Shown: positions 42,401-47,372 of the stretch, in pieces
How positions within the stretch are numbered: the first letter of the stretch is position 1
Layout of the letters: the number at the start of each line of letters is the position of its first letter
Virus record (IMG/VR): IMGVR_UViG_3300017917_000095
Span: 1-64,000 of that record
Strand: one strand, 5' to 3'
From: a virus
DNA: 64,000 nt
Notes under the pieces: generated by a model
Databases searched by the model: none
Seen by the model: only the letters and a program-made list of their open reading frames with translations
Told to the model about the DNA's origin: nothing
Translations under genes and position numbers: made by a program

Positions 42401-44017
42401 GTTTCTAAGATTACATCTATCAGTAACGCTATAACACCTTATGCTGCAATTACAAACTGTACTGCAACAGACGGAACTACCGAGTACATTACATGCTCTA
42501 CAACTAGTGGATTTGTCGCAGGACAAACTGTACAGTTCAAGGGAACAACATCGTTCGGTGATATTGATATTTCTGGATTAGTGTATTATGTCAAGACAGT
42601 AGTAGACGGAACCCACTTCACTATTTCTGCAACACCGGGTGGTTCAGCAGTTGACTTATCAACCGGGTCTGGTTTGATCGTAGCATATGTCGGTGGACAG
42701 CCAGCAGTACGTGTAACAACATCTGCGGCGCACAACTTGACAACTAACGATGTAGTACGTATAGACGGTACATTGGGTTCATTACAATTGAACAACAACA
42801 CTTACTATGTACACGTAATAAGTCCTACTCAGGTTGACTTGTACACTGAAGCATATGATGCTGGTTTAACAGCATTGAATTATCCAGTGACTGACATTTC
42901 TTCGTACATCTCAGGTGGTTATCTATGGGCAATAAATCAGTTCATTTTGGTTGCTGCAACAGTAACTAATACTACAACAAGTCCAACGCTAGGAAACTAT
43001 TTGACTGTTTCGGATACATCTATGTTAGTCGCAGGAACTCCTGTAATCTTTAGTGGAACAGTATTCGGTGGTGTAGTTGCAGGAACAACCTACTACATCC
43101 GTGAAGTAATCAGTGCAACGACATTCTCTATCACCGACACACGTGATGGTAGTGAATTTACATTGTCAACTGCTAGCGGTTCAATGGGAGTTACTCAGTG
43201 GGAACAGGACAACGTAGATCGTCTATGGGTTACAGTTAACGGTTACCGAGTTCCATCAAGTAGCTTGAGATTGAATTCGGGTAACAGAGTCAGTATTTTG
43301 ACCGAGATTACACCATCTGATGTAATTATTATGGAATCTATGATTCCAAGTGCTACTCCTAACGAAGAAGTATACTTGTTGAATGTTAACCAAGTTCAGG
43401 ATGCTGTGGTTTACCGAGCAAATACACAAACTAGAACATGGTTAACTCAGCCGTTAAGCAGTACAGATGATACGATCCATGTATTTGACGCAACTCGCTT
43501 GACAGATACCGTAACACAAAACGTCACTACTCCTGCAGCAGTTGACGGTGTGTATAGCATCGGGTTGACTGCGGACAAGCGCATGATTTCTAACGTTGCT
43601 GTGTACAACAATACTACAGGACAAACTATCTCTAGTACAAACTATGAAATAGTTATCGAAGCATTAGCTCCGATATTGAAGATCACTTCTGGCGCATATA
43701 TTTCTGCTGGAAATTCATTGACAATAACCATACTTGAGGGTAACTTGCTGTATGTCAACGGGGAACAAATCAAATTTACGCAGGTAGATTTGGCTAGTAA
43801 TACGTTAACTGGCCTACAGCGCGGAGCGAACGGTACAGGCCAGCAGGAATACATTCCTCTATACACTGAATTGTTCGGATTATTGTCTAATAACCAGATG
43901 ACTTCTGTTCAGTATGGTGAAACTTGGAATTCTGACGTATACAATACGACTGACGGGGATCCTCTACAGATCAGTGAAACAGCGGCTGCAACATTCTTGC
44001 GAGGCGATATAAACTGA
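24428..44017 (+). CDS. Giant (6529 aa) baseplate wedge / fibre protein in the gp7 position, with beta-sandwich repeats and beta-propellers
   Basis: Follows gp6. N-terminus RTLNFLPEVFQT. About 16 copies of a 70-85 aa repeat (I.F.G..FGG....T.YYV..I...T.F.IS.T.GG), FG-GAP-like blades (about 31.8-34.0 kb) and Asp-box S.DG.TW blades (about 39.7-40.85 kb). Thr/Ser/Asn-rich. Confidence 0.75.
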   Translation: MASRIRTLNFLPEVFQTTTNSQFLGATLDQIVQQPETKRIEGYVGSRFGYGVNAKNYYVTEPNKTRTDYQLDPGVVFTKTNESVAKDFISYPGMLDALNLEGGLTQDNNRLYNSQFYSWDSFTDLDKIINFNQYYWIPQGPASVVVSSETVFSSNEYNVYDLPSGYNIVPVTSSEGQGTTNPTLTLLRGGTYTFAVNQDTQFWIQGRPGVTGYDPTQPNVQTRDVLGVDNNGTTQGIVTFTVPPKDAQDDYNFPGNNLVDVVSTLPFAQVNGARLADLGGIDGVTSLDGLTVMFYNTGIPNEVGYVSNFFDYTPFDYNDDLTPLQSITVTATTASTDAITCSSTANLAVGNAIIFNGNPFGGLAAYSTTLPNTIYYVESIINSTQFTVSTTVGGSVYPLSNGSGTMTAISNQGLYEQGYYTNVNENFYTIQYLGDPSDPVIRLKQANEIPTNQKITATYGTQWVARAFYKNPSGVVLLIPYLSAQLDTLYYQDGTFADKVGVIRLIESNVLNTLDVETDILGKAQYTATNGVVFTNGLKVTFQGDVFPVKYLSGEYYVEGVGTAIELLPVEDFVAPESFTASTYVPWDTIGWDAANWEGDSYVPVNPEYITIARNSMDKNAWSRSNRWFHIDVINATATYNNNPDLLTLYTNENFKAKRPIIEFYPNLKLFNSGSEGKAPVDFIDVRTTDAFSLVAGKQNYYPDVEVYTGYSATITSTNYTPIRAFTSASASTDIFTTTTGTTGFQVNDLIVFDGITLDPTIQDGKSYYIAEVVSGTQFKISATKGGSVIGPDSNLGAGGNIIWSPLSTTVTVAADEITGTFTVGQYVKDSTNALPRNAQIASITGTTNLTLTVEWDEGSKYFAQQTNASIIGTDTTNDNYALFDGATVIFTADTDANVRNKVYVSRFSAITGSSTPIITLTEAKDGEVYPNQQTVALRGYFNNGNEFWFDGAEWIEGQQKTTLNQPPLFDIFDENQVSLGDPLVYVGTSFTGCKLFSYGIGTGLDDSVLGFPIRYSSVDNVGDISFDVSLNSDTFDYVKGTEPITQNVNTGYVYQYLTRDTYKRQIGWQTALSPSVQYQLFSFDFDPLNPATSYVCDIAKSSSTSTNWPTIDVFINNVALQHSEYTVTVGPNSTTVVLNANPVTETVVQIALLSNQVSPTAYYSIPVNLNNNPLNADITVANVGDIRGQYQSAFYNNPNTVGKAFGPNNYRDLGNMVPWGDKIIQNSASLVLPGAFLRKQEHNLFNALLFNDREYIKFKNLLVYTVQNSDYSQRFNPSVMLDDALDQITASKDNSQPFFWSDMLPSKSAYISNTYSFANSLDVSIYPLSRVYDFKTANYYGVLVYLTRTVNGVTSTQQLIKNQDYNVSETSPSLTVTTDLLPGDVVTIKEYNQTYGSYVPNTPTKLGLYPAYTPEVVLDSDYNEPTYFIKGHDGSYNKLYGDYDPTTGLLVDFRDQVLLEFELRVYNNLKISSEIPIKEYEVLPGFFRETDYSYADWLYIYSPNFLSWVGQNRLNYKTQYFNSANKFTYNYSQSGNAVDKAPISQGYWRGMYQYFYDTTTPNTTPWEMLGFTQMPTWWTNRYGPAPYTSDNLVLWNDLAEGINWNNGDPFVIPEAVRDGLLDIIPVDTAGNLLAPIDSIVGSYNQKLFQRDWKVGDAGPVEFSYRRSSSYPFDLMKIMALMKPAKFFNLGVDVDHYKYNAEFNQYLVNNRSHLKMSDIDVYGSGTAVTSYINWVVDYEKQVGIDATTNITEMLNNMDVRLVYRLAGFSDKTMLKFYVEKSTANSNNSSLLIPDESYQVLLYDNQPFNRISYSGVVVQIAPNGGYTVFGNSQTVAYFKTLKPKFGGNYASIDVEKLSVKITPDHFDQIQLVPYNTTFYTVQEVAQFLADYGAYLVSLGMQFQDLENELEINWNQMIAEFMYWAQTGWAAGSIVTLNPAAKSLVINKDSNIVQPLTIQQSNFVLNQNLYPIQLNDMSIVRQDTEFRVTALNQGDVMSYGQFNLSNFEHGIVFDNETLFGDVLYNLTTGLRQNRISLRGTKSANWNGTVNAAGFIYNQDNVKPWSRTAKYTKGEIVTYKNKYWVATKIIQASETFNEADWKRTNYDEIQKGLLPNASTRSYESTLYYDSTQANLENDADLLSYSLIGYRPRDYLALADLTDITQVNVYKNMIKEKGTLNAASAFKGANLPQGGIDYDVYENWAIKAGEFGGVLNNNFIEFKVNEKYMTGNPAIVGLTDGIYNVGVQQEVPLYSLFNYGRPITSVDALPTTSTNEPSTVYPDAGYVNFNDVKMSAFYYAQMPFAINKSGVVVPIENFYVRDYVWLANYLETWQVYTTAAMGQVTNAKNNLNDTVTITFKTPHNLTQYQPFAIVNFDVAIDGYYLATIVIDQYRVLVSKTLDSGIKNITGEGIALKFTSQRVATPNEINTLPLTDAEFRKNTVWVDTAYDGSWGVYRKSISYQLENQLTKQSSESFGSAVAINDQVGYLVGDADAGQVYRYTYNDLAQEYQIAQTLIGGTSFGSTITYAGDLYAIAETTGSTRSVKLYQLQQTITSDDLILIQTLTYPSGATTWGTSIAISGDQDWMYISDIDQNTVHVYERLNVPTTAGYFVVGQTYTIQTVGTTDFVAVGATSNDVGVSFIATGVGSGTGVANKTTYTNVTSIDGDALGLTTSGDNFGYSVATDYDGDEIIIGTPNQNNGAIDNWGYTYVFQRIYQNVEINYNTISPAFQTLQLAWTPTTVSKTVTSTNATGNKVTLNSVSGITVNDPIIFTGTLTGTDIASNKVYYVASINVPSTYITLKTSRESTSTVTVATNASVSATATAQTEPLIVSKNGTVVTDNNYAVIDDSMIYTGSLNAGDIVNISGHEIVLLQTLTTEEAPQTGSQFGISVDTNNNASEIIVGAPFQLDSQMQEGTVYRYTDSGAKFGMYMGTSDCNVTTTRKILINGFLTFIPAGDAEDVANSIKSANITNVTAAAVDGKLAIYLLNTEISPHDEKLFLGIVDTATLSELGLEVFVKTQEILCPHKVGPTQFGSVVKFNQYGSFVASAPTGTRYSATTFDFSDDENQDDDTVFDNNATQWVDETPNFGAVYMFDYISEYNESLAAPGTYVYAQSVNSPNLVYSAFNSYDQATDVTYNNQPRYGTALDFNDFSVAIGTPNDTGATSGSTYAGSVTAYRNATRVQDWAIYRHSAPVVDINKIYNIQLFSAETNNTLINMDYIDPLQGKILGAARENIDVVSNVDPATYNNAPTVTGGITWGAAQLGTVWLNTKGMRYVNYHQNDDISYNSQYWGTLFPGSDVAVYSWIASNVLPAEYRGPGTPFDVNSYSVQYVINAAGSLVPTYYFWARNTNMIFSDNGKTLADSIIASYIESPKASGVSYFTPLLPSVYGLYNSGEYINANDSVLHIGFATGSNDDPAHSQFNLIRDGYASDFLPGVPLVSGESPDSLYDRLLDSLCGVDELGSVVPNPYLPKAVQVGILARPRQSFFLNRFLALKNYLQYANTVLAQYPITEIRYSSFLTSSGEFYDTANYWQFINWWAPGYNDNTKASLQVPLYADLSTLSVVTGTIVTVATNGNGKSETYVYEADGTWKRIGLENGTIEFKSSLWDYSSVRLGYGDNFFDTDTYDVYPSEETRKIVRALNEQIYTDDLMIYRNKSLVLLFEYIQAESTENQNYLPWLNKTSFIDVAHTIRELRPIEVFQSDNQAFLEGYLNEVKPYHVVIKEFLFKYTGEEVFAGDITDFDLPAKYNSSIGQFVTPQLVYSNSNGINQFTPDDPIWQEPEYSQWFNNHGVSLTGQDNVQITTLASYISLNANAFAVDNAQGLPINGVLQIGTEQIGYASVDRSLNVVSGLTRGVNGTTVSTHIPGDLIYINLPAVLVLDGGRGYTEPPKVTAYIDTTIYPAPTRAAVLTAVMNLDSVLRVDVVDPGQGYAVLPKIIIDSAVVVPFDDTSVSTLTNTVQLYAPLLQTGDLIQYKVGAGSTSVGGLEDGQWYYINVLETVPSVTVGLYDNYADAMNNHDRLSLFSTGSGSFTFNVGARASAITTAVPVRENNITLRFDRTSYGSDLIEWEAGRYYGAFYAGTYHNSSQVSSSSITLESTQPPVASILASAQGVAFEITDVRNERIVEYSSFIRHVGSTIASSDAVRLTLQDDGSGNPNASGGTIGFYIGMPIKFVGAVGGSGIVNEQVYYVNSILNQTDFTLSSDPSGSPIVALSDWTISVAGLDCYVGQVSDAAVITVDYPGILNITATEAVTNNITVPLHLSGTGGTAGFYINLPIFFTGTDSSLPQNGVFGGIIENQVYYVTTVVDNQTFTMSENKDPVWFNVLSTSASTDAITIDGDTQKLSVNEPIIFNTMVVAGTETTSFGGITSGTTYYVSAILSTTAFQISATVNGAVLALSDVAAASNTSALLTSQKDTVKLTTATGNTMVVNVSLPVSPGQVNGQKFTLYETSGQYPGSTGTDTSLITRGVAALIGTVNVSAGSFVIGETYTIAFVGTTNFTAIGASANTIGVTFTATGAGTGTGTANLEVNQVVLTNFNPGDTVALWLTNIYNNLPLEISTTYGSSFLTAGTPYYVIDNGIIEVEVTYTSSSDNSLKCESTASLFEDMPITFSGAGVGGVQIDVEYWVKSIIDDQRFTITNTPGGLEITVTTASGLMTGTGLPYVKVSTSVGGSVTNPGSTQQTATFTIPSSTITVSAAPDTGTKVFFRTTGSLPGGVSENTEYFVTKTGATTFEISLTSGGSAITTSGTQSGTHTMIIATEATMDQTPSATVPEFDVSYVLGGYRVLITEPSSGYAVDNVITIPGTEMGGTTPENDLTLTVNAISSTGAITSVICDGTVPGASQQYYLKVISPTEFALYENQLMTVPASGLGIPFVGTTQSTVTGLTSGTNALTLADASGFELNDLVVFTGDMTPTIGAITAGQGYFITSITGNDITISEDPDGTDVTITTTISANFTIAKSGSFALLPEPFIFNQSLVKYNNRVYVCIISNNDREFVFGKWELLTSGDRRLNAMDRVLGYYQPTDNMPGVDLTQLFEGVTYPNSTYLGNAFEPDLQYPIDTVLQDQAFYPTEVDIKAIAWDGTTYVATADTPTYSGVLSSTAGSTWEIDKLANTPLNTTDIIYAGGYYILTSNNQATPLFRSVDGITWTTNGYFTPWGSTPYDDTNYDMTALSVASLYLNSVAYRNGVWVAVGQNIVSSTDTFVWNERYTYANPLLSNTLYGVDSIDITSFTGFIAVGKGQEFDYSGPVSAVVDINLILTSVDGLTWTQLPAVSSKGMYAIANNTTNAVAVGEDGIIYISNNGANWTGVNEVFVISANPSTNVLSVASTAGFAVNSAVRFSRAFNVFAAGTTYYVKTIVNGTQLQLSATPGGAAVTLTAAAPTATTFMYAYPRTGSLRDVSYANGTFIAVGDTGLVRTSANGITWTTRTSGTTQDLNGITYNADDATWIAVGDNNTILISVNDGVSWSASSVFAPQPTVYDVQGSTFEYGYGPEELVPGVVTDNITMTVATRPGTDWDATVYAHVGYNVVSVEYQPVSASQTAYSFDVRNLYSVQTPAQIAVFKINGTTGLSTSLYETLDYTVDWVNFVVSLNTPLTFLPVSDKLRVDVYEVGNGNQLVKASTNTDPIRTNDTTGWNEIYVNCNYTGQIYNGSGVVRPDTFPVDVLATETDSTSNAITCESVKEFTLNDPIRFQGNVFGGIQEDTTYYIKTISYITNRITVSETINAGTGTAGPTFALTDGTGSMNIVIKVGYGAPWTDPIIYHNGTKLLMGTTSTVTRTKASNNAVTTNTTDGMVPGEAIVFSDTMFGGILLPQTTYYIKSIFDTNEFTVSATPGGPELTLTDATGGAEFITNDYAFGIADNGISASIIFSAQYDANVDYITYTLFGETTPSQYGYTIPEVQRFTGDGTAGPFELTNFIGQDNPENAVVEVNRLRQPSSTYTIDYNTNELTFNAGYEPSIGVPVVVTSFNQTTRQYLNTQSGITSKTVSKITSISNAITPYAAITNCTATDGTTEYITCSTTSGFVAGQTVQFKGTTSFGDIDISGLVYYVKTVVDGTHFTISATPGGSAVDLSTGSGLIVAYVGGQPAVRVTTSAAHNLTTNDVVRIDGTLGSLQLNNNTYYVHVISPTQVDLYTEAYDAGLTALNYPVTDISSYISGGYLWAINQFILVAATVTNTTTSPTLGNYLTVSDTSMLVAGTPVIFSGTVFGGVVAGTTYYIREVISATTFSITDTRDGSEFTLSTASGSMGVTQWEQDNVDRLWVTVNGYRVPSSSLRLNSGNRVSILTEITPSDVIIMESMIPSATPNEEVYLLNVNQVQDAVVYRANTQTRTWLTQPLSSTDDTIHVFDATRLTDTVTQNVTTPAAVDGVYSIGLTADKRMISNVAVYNNTTGQTISSTNYEIVIEALAPILKITSGAYISAGNSLTITILEGNLLYVNGEQIKFTQVDLASNTLTGLQRGANGTGQQEYIPLYTELFGLLSNNQMTSVQYGETWNSDVYNTTDGDPLQISETAAATFLRGDIN

Positions 44018-44019
44018 AT

Positions 44020-44027
44020 GATAAATA
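44020..44027 (+). promoter_or_regulatory. Late promoter GATAAATA, 6 nt before ATG 44034
   Basis: GATAAATA-AATAAT-ATG. Confidence 0.6.
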
Positions 44028-44033
44028 AATAAT

Positions 44034-44186
44034 ATGAGTGAAAATTCTTCTAAAAGTCAGGAAACTACACAAGAAAAGCCCGAACCCGTGCCAAATGAGC
44101 ACGGGGGCTTTTACTTTTCTTCTTTCGTGAAGATTTTTGACCCAAACACAAAACAAGTTCTAGTACAAAAAAGAGGCGATAACTAA
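44034..44186 (+). CDS. Small 50-aa protein (missed by the ORF track), similar to the N-terminus of the next gene
   Basis: MSENSSKSQETTQEKPEPVPNEHGGFYFSSFVKIFDPNTKQVLVQKRGDN. Late promoter upstream and TAATG coupling to 44186. Confidence 0.75.
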   Translation: MSENSSKSQETTQEKPEPVPNEHGGFYFSSFVKIFDPNTKQVLVQKRGDN

Positions 44187-44806
44187 TGTCAGCAATTACA
44201 ATTTCATATAAAGTTGAGGGCTTTTTGAAAGTCTACGACCCCAACAGTGGTGAGGTCTTTGTAGACAAGCACAATGCTATCAACTACGAAAATATGTCGG
44301 AAGCTATTGCTGACACTCTAAGCAGTCGCGGTTACGGGGAAATCTATCAAATGGCCTTTGGTAACGGTGGTGCGTCAGTAGACGAAACCGGCGTTATTAC
44401 GTATTTGCCCCCAAATACAACAGGTCAAAACGCTGCCCTATACAATCAAACGTATGAAAAAATCGTTGATGATACCAGCGTTTTCAACTTAGATCCTACA
44501 CGTAACAAGATGACAGTTTCACACACCACGGGTAAGGTTTATACTGACATTTTAGTCCAATGTTTGCTAGATTACGGTGAACCTGCAGGACAGAACGCAT
44601 TCGACAACAGTACTCAAACTGACGGAGAATATGTGTTTGACGAACTAGGACTACTAGCAAATTATGGTACGGACAATGACGGTAATGTTATCACAAGACT
44701 ACTAACCCATGTCATTTTCCACCCCGTTCAAAAGAGTTTGAACAGACAGATTCAGATAGATTACACGGTTAGAATTCAAGCACTAACTAACTTGGTAACT
44801 ATATAA
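44186..44806 (+). CDS. Baseplate / virion structural protein
   Basis: MAFGNGG, LDYGEP, YVFDELGL and LTHVIFHPVQKSLNR..I.YT.RI resemble baseplate and tail-fibre attachment proteins. Position after the giant wedge gene. Confidence 0.6.
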   Translation: MSAITISYKVEGFLKVYDPNSGEVFVDKHNAINYENMSEAIADTLSSRGYGEIYQMAFGNGGASVDETGVITYLPPNTTGQNAALYNQTYEKIVDDTSVFNLDPTRNKMTVSHTTGKVYTDILVQCLLDYGEPAGQNAFDNSTQTDGEYVFDELGLLANYGTDNDGNVITRLLTHVIFHPVQKSLNRQIQIDYTVRIQALTNLVTI

Positions 44807-44814
44807 GATAAATA
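44807..44814 (+). promoter_or_regulatory. Late promoter GATAAATA
   Basis: Immediately after the stop of the previous gene. GGAG RBS before ATG 44838. Confidence 0.6.
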
Positions 44815-44837
44815 AGAGAATATCGGAGTGATTTGAA

Positions 44838-46058
44838 ATGGCATATACAATTGTTAAAAGTGATGGAACAGTTTTAACAACCGTACCTGATGGTACGATT
44901 AACACTACTAGCACATCTATTGGACTTCCCGGACGTAATTACGCCGGTTACGGTCAAACCCTAGACACGAACTTTGTTCATCAACTAGAAAATTTTGCTG
45001 ATTCAACCCCTCCTGCAAATCCATTGCGCGGTCAGTTGTGGTATGATATTAACTCAAGCACCGTTAAAGTTTGTCCTACAGACGGAGAAACTAACGCACT
45101 TGCTTGGTTATCATTGACTTCTACTAGCTCAGGTGGTACAACTACTTTCGGTCAAGTTACTGTTACAGGTACTATGCAAGCTAACAACCTAGCAGCAACT
45201 AATAACGTAACAGGTAACGCAGCATCATTTAACTATCTAACAGTTTCTGCTAATGCAAACATTGCAAACGCAAACTTGTCTGGCACTACAACAGTTGCTA
45301 GCTTGGTCACTACATCAATCACAACCGGCGCCAATACTACTGCAGGTGGCATCACTGGTACATGGACAGTCAACGGCGGCTTGAGTGGTAACGCAATCAT
45401 ATTAACAAATGGTAACTTGTTCATTGGTAACAGTTCAGGTGCCAACTTGTACGGTGTTCGTACAGACAAGTACATGTACGCTAACGGCGATCCTATCTCG
45501 TTTGCAGGTACATATTCTAACTCTAACGTAGCTGGTTATTTACCAGTGTACAACGGACAAGTTCTAGCAACTACTGTCCAAATGACAACAATCACGACCG
45601 GCGCAAATACAACTGCTGGCACAATGACAGGTAACTGGACATTGAGTACTGGTTCTAGACTAAATGCTACATACGCTGACTTGGCCGAACGTTTCGCTGC
45701 TGATGATGTTTATAGCCCAGGCACAGTCGTTGAACTAGGTGGAGAGAAAGAAATCACTGCGGTTCAATACGAACTATCCGAAGATGTATTTGGTGTTATT
45801 TCTGATACTGCGGGTTACTTAATGAACGCCGGCGCTGGTAATGACCAAACTCACCCACCTGTAGCTATGAGTGGTCGAGTTAAAGTTAAAGTCGTTGGAC
45901 AAGTCAAAAAGCATGAGCGTTTAGTGAGTGCAGGTAACGGTATCGCACGTGCTGCAAAGCCGGGTGAAGCAACTGCATTTAATACTATCGGTAGAGCACT
46001 TGAAAACAAGACGACCACAGAAGTAGGCACTGTAGAAGCCATTGTAATTATAAAATAA
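44838..46058 (+). CDS. Tail fibre-like protein with a C-terminal intramolecular chaperone (peptidase G2-like) domain
   Basis: N-terminal GRNYAGYG..NF..LENFA..PP.NPL.GQLWYD, a Thr/Gly/Asn-rich shaft, and C-terminal YADLAERF..GTVV..GGEKEIT..GVIS..PVAMSGRV.VKV.G. Confidence 0.75.
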   Translation: MAYTIVKSDGTVLTTVPDGTINTTSTSIGLPGRNYAGYGQTLDTNFVHQLENFADSTPPANPLRGQLWYDINSSTVKVCPTDGETNALAWLSLTSTSSGGTTTFGQVTVTGTMQANNLAATNNVTGNAASFNYLTVSANANIANANLSGTTTVASLVTTSITTGANTTAGGITGTWTVNGGLSGNAIILTNGNLFIGNSSGANLYGVRTDKYMYANGDPISFAGTYSNSNVAGYLPVYNGQVLATTVQMTTITTGANTTAGTMTGNWTLSTGSRLNATYADLAERFAADDVYSPGTVVELGGEKEITAVQYELSEDVFGVISDTAGYLMNAGAGNDQTHPPVAMSGRVKVKVVGQVKKHERLVSAGNGIARAAKPGEATAFNTIGRALENKTTTEVGTVEAIVIIK

Positions 46059-46067
46059 GGATAAGAA

Positions 46068-47018
46068 ATGAGTTACGCACAATATGGATTAATACAGGCT
46101 ACTGATTTTAATGCATTGGCTGGTGGTAACCCTACGACTTCTAGTGGTACGATTAACGCAGTTTGGGCAACTGGTGGTACAACGGCAGGTTATGGGCAAA
46201 CGGCAGTAGCCAACGTTGCAGTTGGAGGCACTGTAGCTGCCACTGACTGGGCCAACTTAGTAAACAGAACAGCAAACTCTGCCTCACATCAGGGTACAAG
46301 TATCACTTCTGTAACAGCACCTAGCGCAGGTGGCACCGTTACATACTTGTCTGCTATTCCTACAAACTTAACAACAATTTACACTAGCAGATTAAACGCT
46401 GCTACTCAGGGTTCTACTACTTCAAACACTGCTACATATGCAAGTACATGGAGTTCTGCACTAACATTCACTCACACAGCGACATTCGCTAACGGTGATG
46501 CAGCACGGTATTTCTTCAATTCAGGCGGACAGCTAGCAATTACTTGTACACACCCAAGTGGTACAGGTATCAACTTACTATTGAACAACTTAGCAAGTAA
46601 CATCGGTACAGTCGTATTGTCAGCACCTACATCAGGTACAGTTGCAATCGCAGGAACTAACTATAACGGTATTACTAAAGTCGGTGGTGGTGGTAATGCA
46701 CCAACAACTAGCCCTAACACTGGTTACTATGCATTGACTACTGGTAATGCTACAGTCTTTACACAGACTGCAAGTACAGGTCCATCCGGATACTTATCTA
46801 CGTTCATTCGTGTAATCGTTAAGTCTAACGGTACACAAGGTTCTAACGGTGATGCAGGCTCTGTCATCACTATCTATACTATTTGGGACGAAGTTCCGGA
46901 TGGTTTAACAGCAGCCGCAAACTCGGCAACGACATTAACTGTTCGTCCGCCCGAAACAACATATCTAGCAAATACCTGGGGCGCAATCAGCCTTTCTGGT
47001 ACAGTCACCGGCGCATAA
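46068..47018 (+). CDS. Thr/Gly/Ser-rich virion structural (fibre-associated) protein
   Basis: I.ATDFN, GYGQT and ARYFFNSGG motifs. Almost no charged residues. Adjacent to the fibre gene. Confidence 0.6.
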   Translation: MSYAQYGLIQATDFNALAGGNPTTSSGTINAVWATGGTTAGYGQTAVANVAVGGTVAATDWANLVNRTANSASHQGTSITSVTAPSAGGTVTYLSAIPTNLTTIYTSRLNAATQGSTTSNTATYASTWSSALTFTHTATFANGDAARYFFNSGGQLAITCTHPSGTGINLLLNNLASNIGTVVLSAPTSGTVAIAGTNYNGITKVGGGGNAPTTSPNTGYYALTTGNATVFTQTASTGPSGYLSTFIRVIVKSNGTQGSNGDAGSVITIYTIWDEVPDGLTAAANSATTLTVRPPETTYLANTWGAISLSGTVTGA

Positions 47019-47042
47019 TTTTTAAAGTACAACTTGTATCCA

Positions 47043-47050
47043 TCTAAATA
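47043..47050 (+). promoter_or_regulatory. Late promoter TCTAAATA heading the glycosyltransferase / radical SAM operon
   Basis: 7/8 match to TATAAATA, followed by an AGGAG RBS and ATG 47067. Confidence 0.6.
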
Positions 47051-47066
47051 CTCTTAGGAGTGATCG

Positions 47067-47372
47067 ATGGATACAAAAACTTTAATAAGCGACGCCAAAG
47101 CCCGTTTTAGCCACAATGCTGCAAAAGCATACTTGAAAGAAAAGTATGAAGCACGATTAATTGTGGCTGAGCAAGGTGGTCTTTGGAGAGCTAATACTAA
47201 CACAATCAGTTTCTTAAACAGCATTCAAACCGATACAGTCGTGCTGATCGATACGTTTGAAAATCCGGTTGAAGTTAACCGTAGTGACTTGCTAGCCAAA
47301 TTAACAGAAACGTATGACACTGTTATGCGTGAATGGCTCAACGATTGGGCAGAACTAGAGAAGAAGCGATGA
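47067..47372 (+). CDS. Hypothetical protein (101 aa)
   Basis: Strong RBS and ATGA coupling to the next gene. No recognisable motif. Confidence 0.75.
   Translation: MDTKTLISDAKARFSHNAAKAYLKEKYEARLIVAEQGGLWRANTNTISFLNSIQTDTVVLIDTFENPVEVNRSDLLAKLTETYDTVMREWLNDWAELEKKR

Noticed and set aside
24428-47018. Diversity-generating retroelement or invertible tail-fibre cassette
   Set aside because: No reverse transcriptase or invertase gene is present, and I saw no near-identical nucleotide repeat pair differing only at adenines. The repeats are diverged protein-level repeats.
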